Shown in pieces: positions 35,641 through 47,995 of a stretch of DNA of 64,000 nucleotides (positions within the stretch are counted from its first letter, which is position 1; each line of letters begins with the position of its first letter). Below the pieces are notes generated by a model, which saw only the letters and a program-made list of their open reading frames with translations, was not told where the DNA came from and searched no databases. Both the position numbers and the translations under genes were made by a program. Origin of the DNA: Octopus vulgaris (Eukaryota); contig OX597814.1 in NCBI GenBank assembly GCA_951406725.2, positions 75,888,001-75,952,000 on the forward strand. Direction: 5' to 3'.

Positions 35641-36290
35641 GTAGTGCTTCAGCCACTTCATGAAGTCTCTGCGACACCCTCCAAAGTGAAGGTGTCCAGG
35701 AGTTTTGTCACAGCTCTTTTCATCTTCTCCTTCAGTTTGGAAAACAATCAAAAGTCACAGGGAGAAAGGTCTGAACTCTAGGAAGGGTGGGAGACAGTGT
35801 TGATGCTCATCACTGTCAGATAGCTGGCTACCAGGATGGAATTGTGGACTGGAGCATTGTTCTAGTGCAGGTGCTCTGGCCTTTTGTCACAAAATCTTTT
35901 CCTGAACTCAGTTAAAACCTCCACAAAATACTCTTTGTTGACCGTCTTGTCAGAGGGAACACAGTGGATGTAGATGATGCTCTTGCTGTAAAAAAAAGGA
36001 CCATCATGAACTTTTTGATGAATTTGCTTTACCTGGTCGCTTGCACCAGCATAAAATAGATGCTCAGCTCAAACAGGCTAATCCATAAACAGTCTGTAGC
36101 ATTCCATATGTTTCTATAGCATTTTTGCTCGGTTTAGCGCAAATCTTTATCACATATCAAACTTCCAAATTATTTTCATGTTCCAACTGCACTCTATAAA
36201 CTAGTCAGCAGTAACAAGCAGGGTTTTTGTAGGGTGTGTTCAAAATGCTTTTACTGTTGTCTCCATCGATCTGGAATAACAAAAGTTGGC
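35641..36290 (-). mobile_element. Mariner transposase relic
   Basis: Minus strand HLH*NNAPVHNS..VSHPS*SSDLSPCDF*LFSKLK; upstream IKICAKP..ATET-like helix-turn-helix remnants. Confidence 0.75.
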
Positions 36291-36308
36291 AAATCATCTT
36301 ATTAGATA

Positions 36309-36707
36309 CTAGCAGTATCGCCCGGCGTTGCTCGGGTTTGTAAGGGAAATAACTATATAAGCATTTTTAGAGAGTTATAGCCAAAAAATAGCAAAAGAAA
36401 ATGCATAAAAAATGGAAAAAAATGTTGGTAAATTTTTTTAAAAATCGTTGACTCATCGTAGACATTTTTAGAGAGTTACTTCCCTTATTTAATAGCGAAA
36501 AAATGCATTAAAATGGAAAAAAATGATGGTAAATTATTTTTAAAATCATAGACTCATCGTAGACGCGCACTAATACCCAGAAGGGCTCGATATGAATCAC
36601 GACTATAAGATACCCGCTTTTGGTTACACTGCACCGCAAAATGTAGGAGTAGTTAGGAATCTAAATCGTAGGAGACAGACACACAACTTGACTTTTATAT
36701 ATAAAGA
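36309..36707 (-). mobile_element. Non-autonomous Helitron, young
   Basis: Minus strand A|TCTTTATATATAAAAG...CCCGAGCAACGCCGGG hairpin...CTAG|T (5'-TC, 3'-CTAG, AT target, subterminal hairpin); two internal ~125-bp tandem units; CpGs retained. Confidence 0.88.
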
Positions 36708-36807
36708 TATAGTAATGATATACTAAAATTACAATAACCTGGGGTAATTATAACTGCTTTTGCTAAAAACAAGTCTCAAGCCTCTGGAATGCACCTTGTA
36801 TATCTGT

Positions 36808-36855
<48 letters not shown>

Positions 36856-37344
36856 ACCTTGTATATCTGTGAGTGTATGTGTATGTGTTTGTGTGTGTAC
36901 ATTATAATTGAAAGGCTGCGATTTCCAGTTCTTGCAGTTGTTCATTTCTGATCATCTGCTGGTAAACCAAGCCTTGTTTTCTTTTGAACATTCATTGTCT
37001 AAATACTTTATGAAATACGAAATGAAAGTTTGGAGAAAATGCTTGCTTATCTTTATGTTCTTTCATTTAAAAACCATTGTGAATGACACATGAGAAAACA
37101 ACAGCTTGAAGCTTATGCTTTTGATTTCATTTCTGGTTCTCATGGTAATAATATTATAAACGTAATCTATCACTGTTATTATCACTTTCATTTGGCCCCA
37201 TGTGACTTACAGTTTAGAAACTTTAAGTCAGACAGGGCCAAGTCAAGCTGTTTTAAAATTAATAACAATAATACGCATATAAACTTACTTGGAAATTGGA
37301 TGTGTGGTACTCAATCAAATAATAATATAAATAATATAAATATA

Positions 37345-37580
37345 TCTTACATATTAAAACTGAAAATGTCTCTGTGTGTGCGTGTGTGTATTGGTATGTC
37401 CTCATTTTGCACCAAAACGGCTCGACTGATTTTTCTTTAACTTCACACGCACATTGCTTATGTGTCTGGGGAGGTTTTGAGTATAAATTGATTTCAAAAA
37501 ATGTTCGGGTAAACAGCAGGAGGAATAACATTTGGGCGTGGTTGAATGGCGGGTGTAATTATTTTAAGCTTCCAATGAAA
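37345..37580 (+). mobile_element. Helitron-like element, 5' portion
   Basis: A|TCTTACATATTAAAACTGAAAATGTC followed by (TG)n, similar in plan to the 5' end of the Helitron at 36707; the 3' CTAG end was not found. Confidence 0.5.
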
Positions 37581-37583
37581 TAA

Positions 37584-37812
37584 CCCATTCACCGTGCAAT
37601 GACTAAGGGAAATAGTCTAATAACAGGGCATATAAGTCCTTGATAGAAAAAAGAGGGCTTTCCCATCCGTGTGTAAAGGTAACACACTTAGTCATGTTAA
37701 CAAAGAGAATGGGTTCATGTCCCATGCAAATGGGAAGGCCTTCTTTTCTCTGTCAAGGGCTTATATGCCCTGTTATTAGACTATTTTCCTAAGTCATTGC
37801 ACAGTGAACGGC
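37584..37812. mobile_element. Fold-back MITE with ~80-bp TIRs, piggyBac-like
   Basis: CCCATTCACCGTGCAATGACTAAGGG...TTCCCAT is mirrored by ATGGGAAGG...CACAGTGAACGGC; ATAA on both flanks (37580-37583, 37813-37816). Confidence 0.8.
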
Positions 37813-37913
37813 ATAAGCTTTAAGCTTATATAAAAATACCATTATTATTATTTACAGGATTGTAAAATACGGCACCATATAATAAAGCCATTCGCACCAA
37901 AAGCATATATATA

Positions 37914-39426
37914 TGGAGATAAGGATTAGAATTGAAGGGCCTTAGAATCAGCCTAGCTAAAACCAAAGTCCTAATATGTAGGAAGGCAGGCAAACCACAA
38001 ATCCCTTCAGGTAGATGGCCCTGCTCAATCTGTGGTAGAGGTGTAGGTAGAAACTCTATAAGATGTACCCAGTGTAAGCTACGGACACATAAGAGGTGCA
38101 GCAATATCAAAGGAAGGCTAACTGGGAAGATAACTTTTGTATGTGGTAGATGTTCGGGAGCAATAAACACTGAAAATACACAGAGACCAGCTTCTACCTC
38201 ATTCCAGGGAGTAGTCGATAGCTTCTGTTACCTAGGGGACCAAGTCAGTAGTGGAGGTGGGTGCACTGAAAGTGTAGCTGCTAGAATAAGAATAGCTTGG
38301 GCAAAGTTCAGAGAGCTCTTACCTCTGCTGGCGACAAAGGGCCTCTCGCTCAGAGTAAAAGGTAGACTGTATGATGCTTGTGTACGAACAGCCTTGCTAC
38401 ATGGCAGTGAAACATAGGCTGTGACTCCTGAGGACATGCGTAAGCTCACAAGGAATGAAGCCAGTATGATTCGATGTATGTGTAATGTCAGTGTGCATAC
38501 TCGACTGAGTGTAAATACCTTGAGAAAAAAGTTGGACCTAAGAAGCATCAGATGTGGTGTGCAAGAGAGACGACTGTGCTGGTATGGTCATGTAGCGAGA
38601 ATGGATGAGGACAGCTGTGTGAAAAAGTGCCACACCCTAGCGGTTGAGGGAACCTGTGGAAGAGGTAGACCCAGGAAGACCTGGGTTGAAGTGGTGAAGC
38701 ACGACCTTCGAACGTTAGGCCTCACCAAGTAAATGACTAGTGACCGAGACCTTTGGAAATATGCCGTACATGAGAAGACCCGGCAAGCCAAATGAAACCA
38801 TAATCTCATGGCCTATGCCAGGGGTGTAACCAGCCCATTTGTATGTAACCATTTCCTTCTTTGGTCACTAAAACTCTGCTTGCGAAGACCTGCTGAGGCA
38901 AGTGAAATCAAATCAAATCAATCAATAGCAAAATCAAAATCAAATTCGATGACTGGCGTCCGTGCTGGCAGGGTGCAAAGAGCACCATATGAGCATGATC
39001 ATTGAAAGAGCAGCTAACTGGCTTCCGTGCCAGCGGCATTTAAAGGGCACCATTTGAGCGTGATCGTTACCAGCGTCCCCTTACTGGCACTTGTGCCCGT
39101 GCTAGTAGGGTGCCAAGAGCCCCATCCCAGTGTGATCATTGCCAGAGCAGCCAACTGGCTTCCGTGCCAGTGGTACGTAAAAGGGCACCATTCGAGCATG
39201 ATCGTTACCAAAGTCGCCTTACTGGCACCTGTGCTGGTGGCACGTAAAAAGCACCCACTACACTCTCAGAGTGGTTGGCGTTAGGAAGGGCATCCAGCTG
39301 AAGAAACTCTGCCAAATCAAGATTGGAGACTGGTGCAACCATCTGGTTTGCCAGCCCTCAGTCAAAATCGTTCAACCCATGCTAGCATGGAAAGCGGACG
39401 TTAAACGATGATGATGATGATGATGA
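37914..39426 (+). mobile_element. RTE-clade LINE, 5'-truncated, with 3' UTR and (GAT)n tail
   Basis: ORFs 37932-38417 and 38421-38732 (KTKV..PHD-like insert..DSFCYLG..RLYDACV..WYGHV..GRGRPRKTW); CCATGCTAGCATGG at 39377-39390; GGACGTTAAAC(GAT)n. Confidence 0.95.
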
Positions 39427-39459
39427 TATATATACTTTATATATATACTTTATTCTAAC

Positions 39460-39505
39460 AAAACTGTCTGACAAATGGGAACGTGAAACTCTGAGTAACA
39501 GTTTT
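39460..39505 (+). ncRNA. Minimal type I hammerhead ribozyme motif (core G8>A, probably inactive) in a Penelope-type terminal-repeat fragment (~39455-39607)
   Basis: Stem I AAAACTGT / ACAGTTTT; core CTGACAA (consensus CUGANGA); stem II ATG-GGAA-CGT; GAAA; stem III CTC-T-GAG; GUA cleavage triplet; AATAAA at 39528-39533, then (TA)n. Confidence 0.62.
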
Positions 39506-39605
39506 TGTGGTATTTCTGCTGCTTTTAAATAAAGTATATTACTCTACCTCTGGTATTTGAGTACTCTTTTTTTCCACCTTGTTTCACATTTATGTGCTTA
39601 CTCCA

Positions 39606-39652
<47 letters not shown>

Positions 39653-39677
39653 CATATATACACACATATGCATATAT

Positions 39678-40135
39678 GGGTACAGGACGTCACCAACAGT
39701 AACCAACTTGAAATATGAAAACAAATGACTTCAATGCACAAACAACAAGAGAAACAAATGGAAAAAAGGACAAGTAACACAAAGAACATCCCTTCATTAG
39801 TTGTCAGCTGTCTATCTACTCCTCATTTCAAGCATTGAATGACAATATGAGTCTTTGAAGACAGTTTCTCCCATAAGTACCAAAATAATATTTTGGATTT
39901 ATGGACTGTCAAAGTTGAGAATGAAAACAGAACAGTGGAGACAAACAAGGAAACCGAATGAAAACAAACATGGAACAAGGGTAAAATAGCAAATGCTGGA
40001 GAAATACTTTTTTTGAAAAGAGAAAAGACAGAAGAGAGAGATAGAACACGTCTAGTCCTTAGGACAGTCCTGAAGGAAAAGAAAGATGATCACTTGAGGA
40101 AAAGAAAGATGGATGATAGTCATGTGTGAGCACAA
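39678..40135 (-). mobile_element. Probable Penelope-like terminal-repeat relic
   Basis: Abuts a TA microsatellite; minus strand has CTAATGAAGGG and a degenerate CTGTC..AAGA..GAAA..TAGACAG hammerhead-like frame; partly similar to 29100-29170. Confidence 0.35.
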
Positions 40136-40773
40136 CCATCATTATCATACTCATTGTTAGTATTTTTGATAACTGGTAAAGCTTACGACACTGTGTATCT
40201 TCATGATTATGTCATTTCTCATTTCTCCTGCAAGGTTCATTGTTTTCATATCTGCCATCACACATTTTTTATTAGGTCTTTTTTTTCACCCTCATCCCAC
40301 AACACTTTTTCCACCCAGCATGCCTCATCCATTTGCATTATGTCCACACTATAAGTGAGAAGAAACTCACTATCCTCAAGAGAGATATGAGCCAGCATTT
40401 CTTCATATTTAGGCAACATTCTAATATGTGTTATAAAATGGTTGTCTTCCTATTTACCTTAATTTCATTACATTCACACTACCTCCAACACTTATCTTAT
40501 CTGCTAAATAATAGATCATAAACATCTAGTGAGTTATCCAAACAGTCCACAATTGTTTTAGACTATTTATTGTTACTACTCTGGAGATCTTTAGTTCTTT
40601 ATTCTAGGCTATTCTTTTTGTATATTTCAAAAATTCACTGCGTAAGAGATATGTTAAATAAAAATTTCTAGGAAAGTCAATCCTGAGGCTCTGAGTAATT
40701 TGACTATGATAAAAATAAAAGAGCTCAAGGCGGAGCTCCTCTGCATTTTAATATCTGTATTGTGAAACAAAAC

Positions 40774-41003
40774 AGTGAGCTGGCAGAATCATTAGTATCC
40801 CGGGGTAAACTGCTTAGTGGCATTTCATTCATTTTTGCATTCTGAGTTCAAATCCACCAAGATTAACTTTGCCTTTTGTCCTTTTGGTGTCAATGAAATA
40901 AGCACCAGTTGAGCATTGGGATCGATGTAGTTGACGTGTCTCCTCCCCCAAAATTACTGGGTTTGTGCTAGAATATGAAAGGATAATGATGATGATAATG
41001 ATG
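40774..41003 (+). mobile_element. SINE family A
   Basis: GTGAGCTGGCAGAATCATTAG..GAGTTCAAAT..CTTTGCCTTT..GAAAGGATAATGATG. Confidence 0.82.
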
Positions 41004-41071
41004 AATCATTACTTTTTATTATATTCAGACATGAATGATTCTGATACACAATTTATCCACAAACTATTCCC

Positions 41072-41215
41072 ATTCACTGTTCATTTACTACTAATTCAGG
41101 AATGATTTTCATTCACCATACATCTACTACTAATTCATGGATAAATCCCGTTTACAATTCATCAACTACTAATCCAAGAATGATACTCATTCACCATTCT
41201 TCAACAACTAATTTT
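41072..41215. repeat. Degenerate ~39-bp minisatellite, about 4 units
   Basis: Unit approximately ATTCACCATTCATCTACTACTAATTCAGGAATGATTTTC. Confidence 0.7.
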
Positions 41216-41444
41216 CTTGAATACAGAATGAGGACCCTATCAAAGCTTGCCAAAGTTAACAAACACACAATGAGCTTCTTTCTTTCTTAAGAATGTGTTG
41301 TGTTGTCATCTTCCTAAAAAATATATCATCTGTAATCCCACCACTTTGTACAAATCAGTCAACCTCTTAACCAATCTAAAGCTGTACAGAAATAACTACA
41401 ATTCTATCTACCTCTTTCATGGCTTGGTTTTTGCTAATATCTCA

Positions 41445-41800
41445 AAGTGGGAGACATGGAACAAAGTACTGAAGGACGACTGCAGGACACTGATCCTTTC
41501 AGATGAGATGGTAAAGGATCAAAATATCTGATGATTTGCTGTTCTCAAGAAGGTCCATCCTGCACAGCAGAAGCATTAAGGCTGCCCCTGTTGGTGAGGA
41601 GGATTGGCCTGCAAGAGTCCTGTGCCAGTGTCACATAAAATGCAACCGGCACACACTATAAAGTAGCTGGCATTAGGAAAGTTGTAGAAACCAAGCCAAA
41701 TCAGACTGGAACCTGGTGCAGCTTACCAGCTTGCCAACTCTGGTCAAACTGTCCAACCCATGCCAACTATGAAAATGGACATTAAAGGATAATGATGATG
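41445..41800 (+). mobile_element. Old RTE LINE 3' fragment
   Basis: TWNKVLKDD.., TGGCATTAGGAAAG, GTCCAACCCATGCC..GGACATTAAAGGATAATGATG. Confidence 0.75.
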
Positions 41801-41843
41801 TTCCTTGTTAATCACAGAAAATATACATGCACAATACATACAT

Positions 41844-41875
<32 letters not shown>

Positions 41876-42208
41876 TCATACACAAATGTTTACGAGGAAA
41901 AAGTTGACAGTGACTGAAGTTTTGACTTAGCTGTTATAATACATGTATATTAAAATACAAATAACTCCCTGAATATTTTCAAAATATAAAAAAATTATTG
42001 ATGAAAACATTTTAAAAATACAAACAAAAGTGTATGTATATATGTCTGTTCACTTATCTCAGCAGTGTTTTGCTGTCAACAAAATGAACAATCTTAATGA
42101 CATGAAATTGTGAAGTTTTTTGGTCAATAACTGATGATGCGGGATGAGCTTGCCCATGTCTTTGGTGTGTTTTTGTTCTGTTCTTTTGTTGTTTTTCCTA
42201 GCAACTTT

Positions 42209-42211
<3 letters not shown>

Positions 42212-42306
<95 letters not shown>

Positions 42307-42396
42307 TCAATGTGTGTGTTTGTGGGGTGTATAAAAATTTGCTTCAATGAACTCTCTCTCACCCATGCATGCATTGAAAAGAAGTTATTATGATGA

Positions 42397-42428
<32 letters not shown>

Positions 42429-42484
42429 CGCAATCACATATACATATATATCTATATCTATGTCCAACTATTACTCTCTCTCTC

Positions 42485-42527
<43 letters not shown>

Positions 42528-42837
42528 GCACACCACACATAAACATGCACATGCACACACCCATGTATACATGTATCCAGGGTGTTCATTTATGTATAAT
42601 AATATATACAAGAGAAACATTATAGTACTCAAAACACTTTTGTGGTAGAAGTATGGTGAATCTGAAACTTTATTTTAGTTACTAGTAAACAGATATTTTA
42701 ATCTCGACACAGGTTTTACTGCAATTTACCCCACATGAGCATAAACTGATACTCCCTCAGTGGAAGAGACTTCTTTTTCTTCAAATAAAAATCCTCAAAT
42801 TCTTTATTTTTCCTCCTTTCTTTTCTAGATAACACAG

Positions 42838-42934
<97 letters not shown>

Positions 42935-43595
42935 ATATTTTATAGTATTTATGTTAGTCACTTGCAGTCTGAATTCTTATTATGCCAGAATTTTTATAGA
43001 CATTTTACCGTCATCATCATCATCAATACCACAAACAACACTACAACAATCCTGCTTAGAGTAACACTCACAACAACATGTGTCCCCTCTCCACACAATT
43101 TTGCCTTCATATACTTGGCATGCGCACATAAATATAAACACGCACACACATACAAGTATCTATGTGCACATACACCCACACATGCCCACACAAGCACACA
43201 CACACACTCAAACACACATTAACAAACTCACATGAATAAATACACATAACTACACTAACATACATCACACCTGCACACACACACACGCACACACCCACCT
43301 ACCCACCCACATACACTCACACACACATACACACAGGCACCCACACATGGTCTTCCAGACATCACACGTGCACACTCATGGATTTACTCACAAATGCAAG
43401 AACGTAAACACTTATTCACACACACACCCATATTTATGTGTTTAATGCATACGTACTTGCACACATAGGCAGCAAGCATGAGTGCACTCATGCACATATG
43501 CCTACATACATGCACACATGCACACCTGTACAACCAATAACACACCCACATCCTCACATTCATATAGCTGACAACACACACACACACACACACCA
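42212..43595. repeat. Microsatellite cluster: (CT)n, (TACA)n, (TA)n, long (CA)n at 42841-42932 and a degenerate CA-rich tract
   Basis: Directly visible; explains the low-complexity ORFs here. Confidence 0.92.
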
Positions 43596-44289
43596 GTCTT
43601 CTGCTGCACCCAGACACTTAGATGCCACCAGCTTCCTATCTAGCCATGTGGTCAAAAAAATTCCACTTTCTAAAGGAAATGCTGTGGCTGAACAATCAAC
43701 CTTACTCTGACAACACCATGTAACCTGCCTCAACCAATAGCAGTCTATTTTCCAGTTGTCATCTTGGACTCCCCGTGTTTCCCAGTAATTTTTATAAAAT
43801 ACTAGCTTAAAGTGACCCGCTCTACACACAGGTGAGGGTGTGGTTGTTACTTTCTGTTGCTTCCTTTCTGTTTCTTATTGCCACATTCTCCTTTTTCTCT
43901 CACTTTCCCACTCTCTTACTCTTCCTTTCTCTCGGACTCTCCCTCACTTTCTCTTACTCTCTATCTTTCTCTATCTATCTATCTCCCATTTATAAAAAAT
44001 TAGATTTCCATGCTTAAATTACAAATCCGCTTCCACTTTACCTTGTTGAAAATTTGATAGAAATTAGACAAAAGGTGTTCAATCTAGATCCCCAAGTGTC
44101 CCCCCAAATCAATAAAATCCCCCATTTTCACACCAAAGCAACTGATGCAGTGCCCCAAAATGTCTCCCAATCAATTTCTCACCACAAGTTACTCCCTCCT
44201 GTAAATTTTAATCCCCTTCCAGCCTTATTTAGACCCCTTTTTACATAAAAATCCAATTTGTATCAACATTCGCCTTCTTCATTTTATAG

Positions 44290-44565
44290 GTTAGATGAAG
44301 AAACTAAAGATGGTATAGTAATGTTTTGACCCTGGCCACTCGAGGATGTGCATGTGTACAGCTTGGGCTTTACAGAGGCATTGACAAGTGACTGAGACCT
44401 TTGGCTATATACCAGGCTTGAGAAGACCCATCAAGCCAAGTGAAACTGTAGTCATGGCTGATGCTGGTGTCATGTAACTGGCACCCATGCTGGTGGCGCA
44501 TAAAAAGCACCCATTACACTCTTGGAGTGGTCAGGGTTAGGAAGGGCATCCAGCTGTAGAAATGT
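44290..44565 (+). mobile_element. RTE LINE 3' fragment
   Basis: GAGACCTTTGG..GAGAAGACC..GGTTAGGAAGGGCATCCAGCTGTAGAAA. Confidence 0.78.
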
Positions 44566-44912
44566 ATAATTTATATAATATTCAGCAATTAATGGCTGAT
44601 ATAGATGCACTGAGACAATTATAATAATTTGTAATAAAGCTTTTCAATCCATCTTCTCATATTAAGATTTGTGTATATATATGATGATTGCTTCATCATG
44701 ACAGCTGATAGGTGTTGCATCAACACACACCCCACACCCCCTTACACAGCACAATCCCTCCTTTGATAAACCCTCAGATGACTTTTCAGACCAAATGCTG
44801 ACTGACAGGGTTTAAAACACACGTGACAGATATTCAAGTTTCTTCTACATTTTTACCCTTTGGAATCTGATTTTGAAGGAATGTTTTTGCATATGTCTTT
44901 TAAGTCCAGATA

Positions 44913-44959
<47 letters not shown>

Positions 44960-44977
44960 TATATATATATATATATA

Positions 44978-45738
44978 TATGGTCATGTGCTACCTATGGA
45001 TGAGGAGAGGTGTGTGAAGAAGTGTCACTCCCTAACAGCAGAAGGAACCCGTGGTAGAGGGAGACTCAGGAAAACATGGGATGAGGTGGTGAAGCTTAAC
45101 TTCACAGAGGCAATGATGAAAGACTGCGACCTCTGGAGATATGCTATGATTAAGAAGACCTGGCATGTAAAGTGAGATCACAGTTGCAGCCTACACCAGT
45201 GTCGCATAACCAGCCCATTTAAAAAGTATCTTTGAATCGCTGGGCAACATTCTGTGCTTGAGGAGACCTATTGAGTCAAGTGAAATCAAAATCAAATCAA
45301 ATCACAATCAAATGGAAATTGTTATTGTGGCCGATGCCAGTGCCACCTGACTAGCTCCTGTGTTGGTGGTATGCAATAAGCACCAAGCATGTGTGGGTCA
45401 TTGCCAGTGCCGCCTGACTGGCTCCCCATGTTGGTGGCACATAAAAAGCACCATCCGAATGTGGTCAATGTCAGCCTCCCCACCTCGACTTGCTCCTGTG
45501 CTGGTAGCATGTAAAAAGCACCATCTGAGTGGCTGATGCCAGTGCCACCTGACTGGCTCCCATGCCAGTGGCACGTAAAAAGCACCCACTACATTCTTGG
45601 AGTGGTTGGTGTTAGGAAAATACTGCCAGATCAGATTGGAGCCTAGTGCGACCTCCTGGCTTGCCAGTCCCCAGTCAAACCTTCCAACCCATGCCAGAAT
45701 AGAAAATGGACGTTAAACAATGATGAGGATGATGATGA
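44978..45738 (+). mobile_element. RTE LINE 3' portion with modular 3' UTR and (GAT)n tail
   Basis: YGHVLPMDEERCVKKCHSL..GRGRLRKTWDEVV, starting directly in a (TA)n run; ends GGACGTTAAACAATGATG. Confidence 0.9.
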
Positions 45739-45844
45739 TATAAGGATATTATTGTTTACAATAATATCACAAGAGGCATAGCATGCATAAAAAATACCAT
45801 AAGTTAAAAAAAATTTTGACTGCTATTTTTAGCACTCTTAATTA

Positions 45845-45875
<31 letters not shown>

Positions 45876-45939
45876 CATGCATTGTTTACCTCTGTCTGTA
45901 ATTATAGTAAAACTAATATTATAAGGTGAATAAAACTTA

Positions 45940-46196
45940 TCCATTTATATGATGGATTGAGATTTGCTATCTCTATAAAAAAACAAACACTGTAAAGTAA
46001 TTTTTTTTAGATGTTGCACTTGACCTTAGTATTGGACTGCATCACACATTTAACAAACTAAAGAAAATCTTGAGTACATCAGCTACAACTCAAATCATCC
46101 AAGATGCATTATAAACTGTATAGCTAAATGGGTGTCAGAATTTCTAAGATTTCTGACAATGAGGAAATCTTTAAACAGTATGAGAGGTATTTAGCT
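45940..46196 (+). pseudogene. Penelope-like element RT/thumb relic
   Basis: YDGL..FLDVALDLS..YISYNSNHPRCII..RISKISDNEEIFKQ, matching the Penelope FLD..L..Y..SNHP..I..RIS pattern. Confidence 0.65.
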
Positions 46197-46250
46197 TAAC
46201 CATAGTGAAAGTAGCTTTCAGTGAACAAATGAAACACATCCCAAGTTCGG

Positions 46251-46299
<49 letters not shown>

Positions 46300-46305
<6 letters not shown>

Positions 46306-46520
46306 TTATGTGTGTGTGTGTGTGTGTCTTTGCGTCAGTGTTTGTCCCCACCACCATCGCTTGAAAACTGCTGTTAGTGTGTTTACATCCCCATAACTTA
46401 TAAGTTCTAGGCTTACAAAGAATAAGTTCTGGGGTCGATTTCTTCAACCAAAAAACCTTTAAAGCAGTGCTCCAGCATGGCTACAGTCAAAAGACTGAAA
46501 CAAGTAAAAGAATAAAAGAA
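46300..46520 (+). mobile_element. SINE family B, 3' half
   Basis: GTGTTTGTCCCCACCACCATCGC..GTGCTCCAGCATGGC..GACTGAAACAAGTAAAAGAATAAAAG. Confidence 0.8.
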
Positions 46521-47827
46521 CATACATATATATATATATATATATGAAGATCTGATAGTCATAATACCTTTAATCAACTTCAGTTAATCTGCACTAATCT
46601 GGGATTAAACAACAACAATAACAATTGGTTCAAATGTAGATACTTGCAGTAAATCTTTGACAGGATATTGAATCATCTACCTTCCAGTGGAATAGAATAC
46701 CTTCTATATAACCTGATAAAGAAAATGAATACGATAACAAATGACAAAGTAATTTAAAAAAAAAAAAAAAACTACATTAAAACTTCATCACTTGATAGTC
46801 TATGTAAAACAAATTTCTCAAGAAAAGAAAAACATTTTTTAATTGTATTTTTTCTTACACTTTTATTATATTCAATAAAAATAATTTTCATATATTATAA
46901 AAATAAAAAAAAAACAAAGAAAAGAAAATAATATAGATGTTTATTTTAGTTATACTTCAAATTGAACATAAATGTCAAACAGATATAGTATTTTTATGGT
47001 TCCACATGTCTTGGTTGTTACAGAGAAAATTGGAAAGAAAAGAAAGAAAGAAAACAAAAATTTTTATTGGCAAATATCCCAAAATTCTATTTAAAAAAAA
47101 TATAGACACACACACACATATGCATGCATGCGTGCATGTATATATATGTATGTATGATATGTATGTACGTATGATATGTATGTCTGCAAATAAAGATATA
47201 ACACTGATAATTATCATCATTACCAATGGCATCATCATCATCATCACCGTTGTTGTTGTTGTTGTTTTGCTCATTTCTTTATCTTCATTTGGTCATTTTT
47301 CTTTTCTCTAAAGTCTCTCTCTTTCTGTCCTGCTTGTGTGTCTCTCTGTGGATGGGTTGTTGTTTTTCTTTTTCCTTTTTTCTGTCATTTATTTTTCACT
47401 TGTTTTTTTTCCTTCCTCCATTTAATATCATTTTTGGAAGAATCAATACTAATTCTTTAAAAATAAGAACTCTGCAATACTACTAAACAAGAAAGTTTGT
47501 TTTAATTTACTTCAGATACTAAATAATGAAGATGCATATTTCTCTGTTGAATACATCTTTATAATACAATAATGTTTCATTAACATCTTAATTAGTTTCC
47601 TTGTAACATAAACAACAATAACCTGTGTTATATAGTTCCTGTGTAAGAAGGTAGCAATGTTTGGTTGGGCACTGAATAACAAGGAAGTAAGGTTCAGATA
47701 ATAACTCTTTAACATATATAGCATGATATAAAAGACAGTTTTACCATACCAGCAATAGAATATTGAATTGTTTGGCTGGTACAAACTATGGGTTCAATAT
47801 TCCATAGTTTGTTTAGCAAATAATAAT

Positions 47828-47995
47828 GGTTTCAAATCTTGGCTCAAAGCCATAAATTTTGAAAGGACACTAGTATTTGACTGCTACTTTATTTTATTGA
47901 CTTCAAAAGGATGAAAGGCAAAGATGATCTCAACAGGATTTGAACACAGAATGTAAAGAGCCCAAAGAAATGCCATGAGTGCTTTGTCCAGTAAT
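47828..47995 (-). mobile_element. Decayed SINE family A
   Basis: GGATGAAAGGCAAAG..GATTTGAACACAGAATGTAAAG. Confidence 0.7.
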
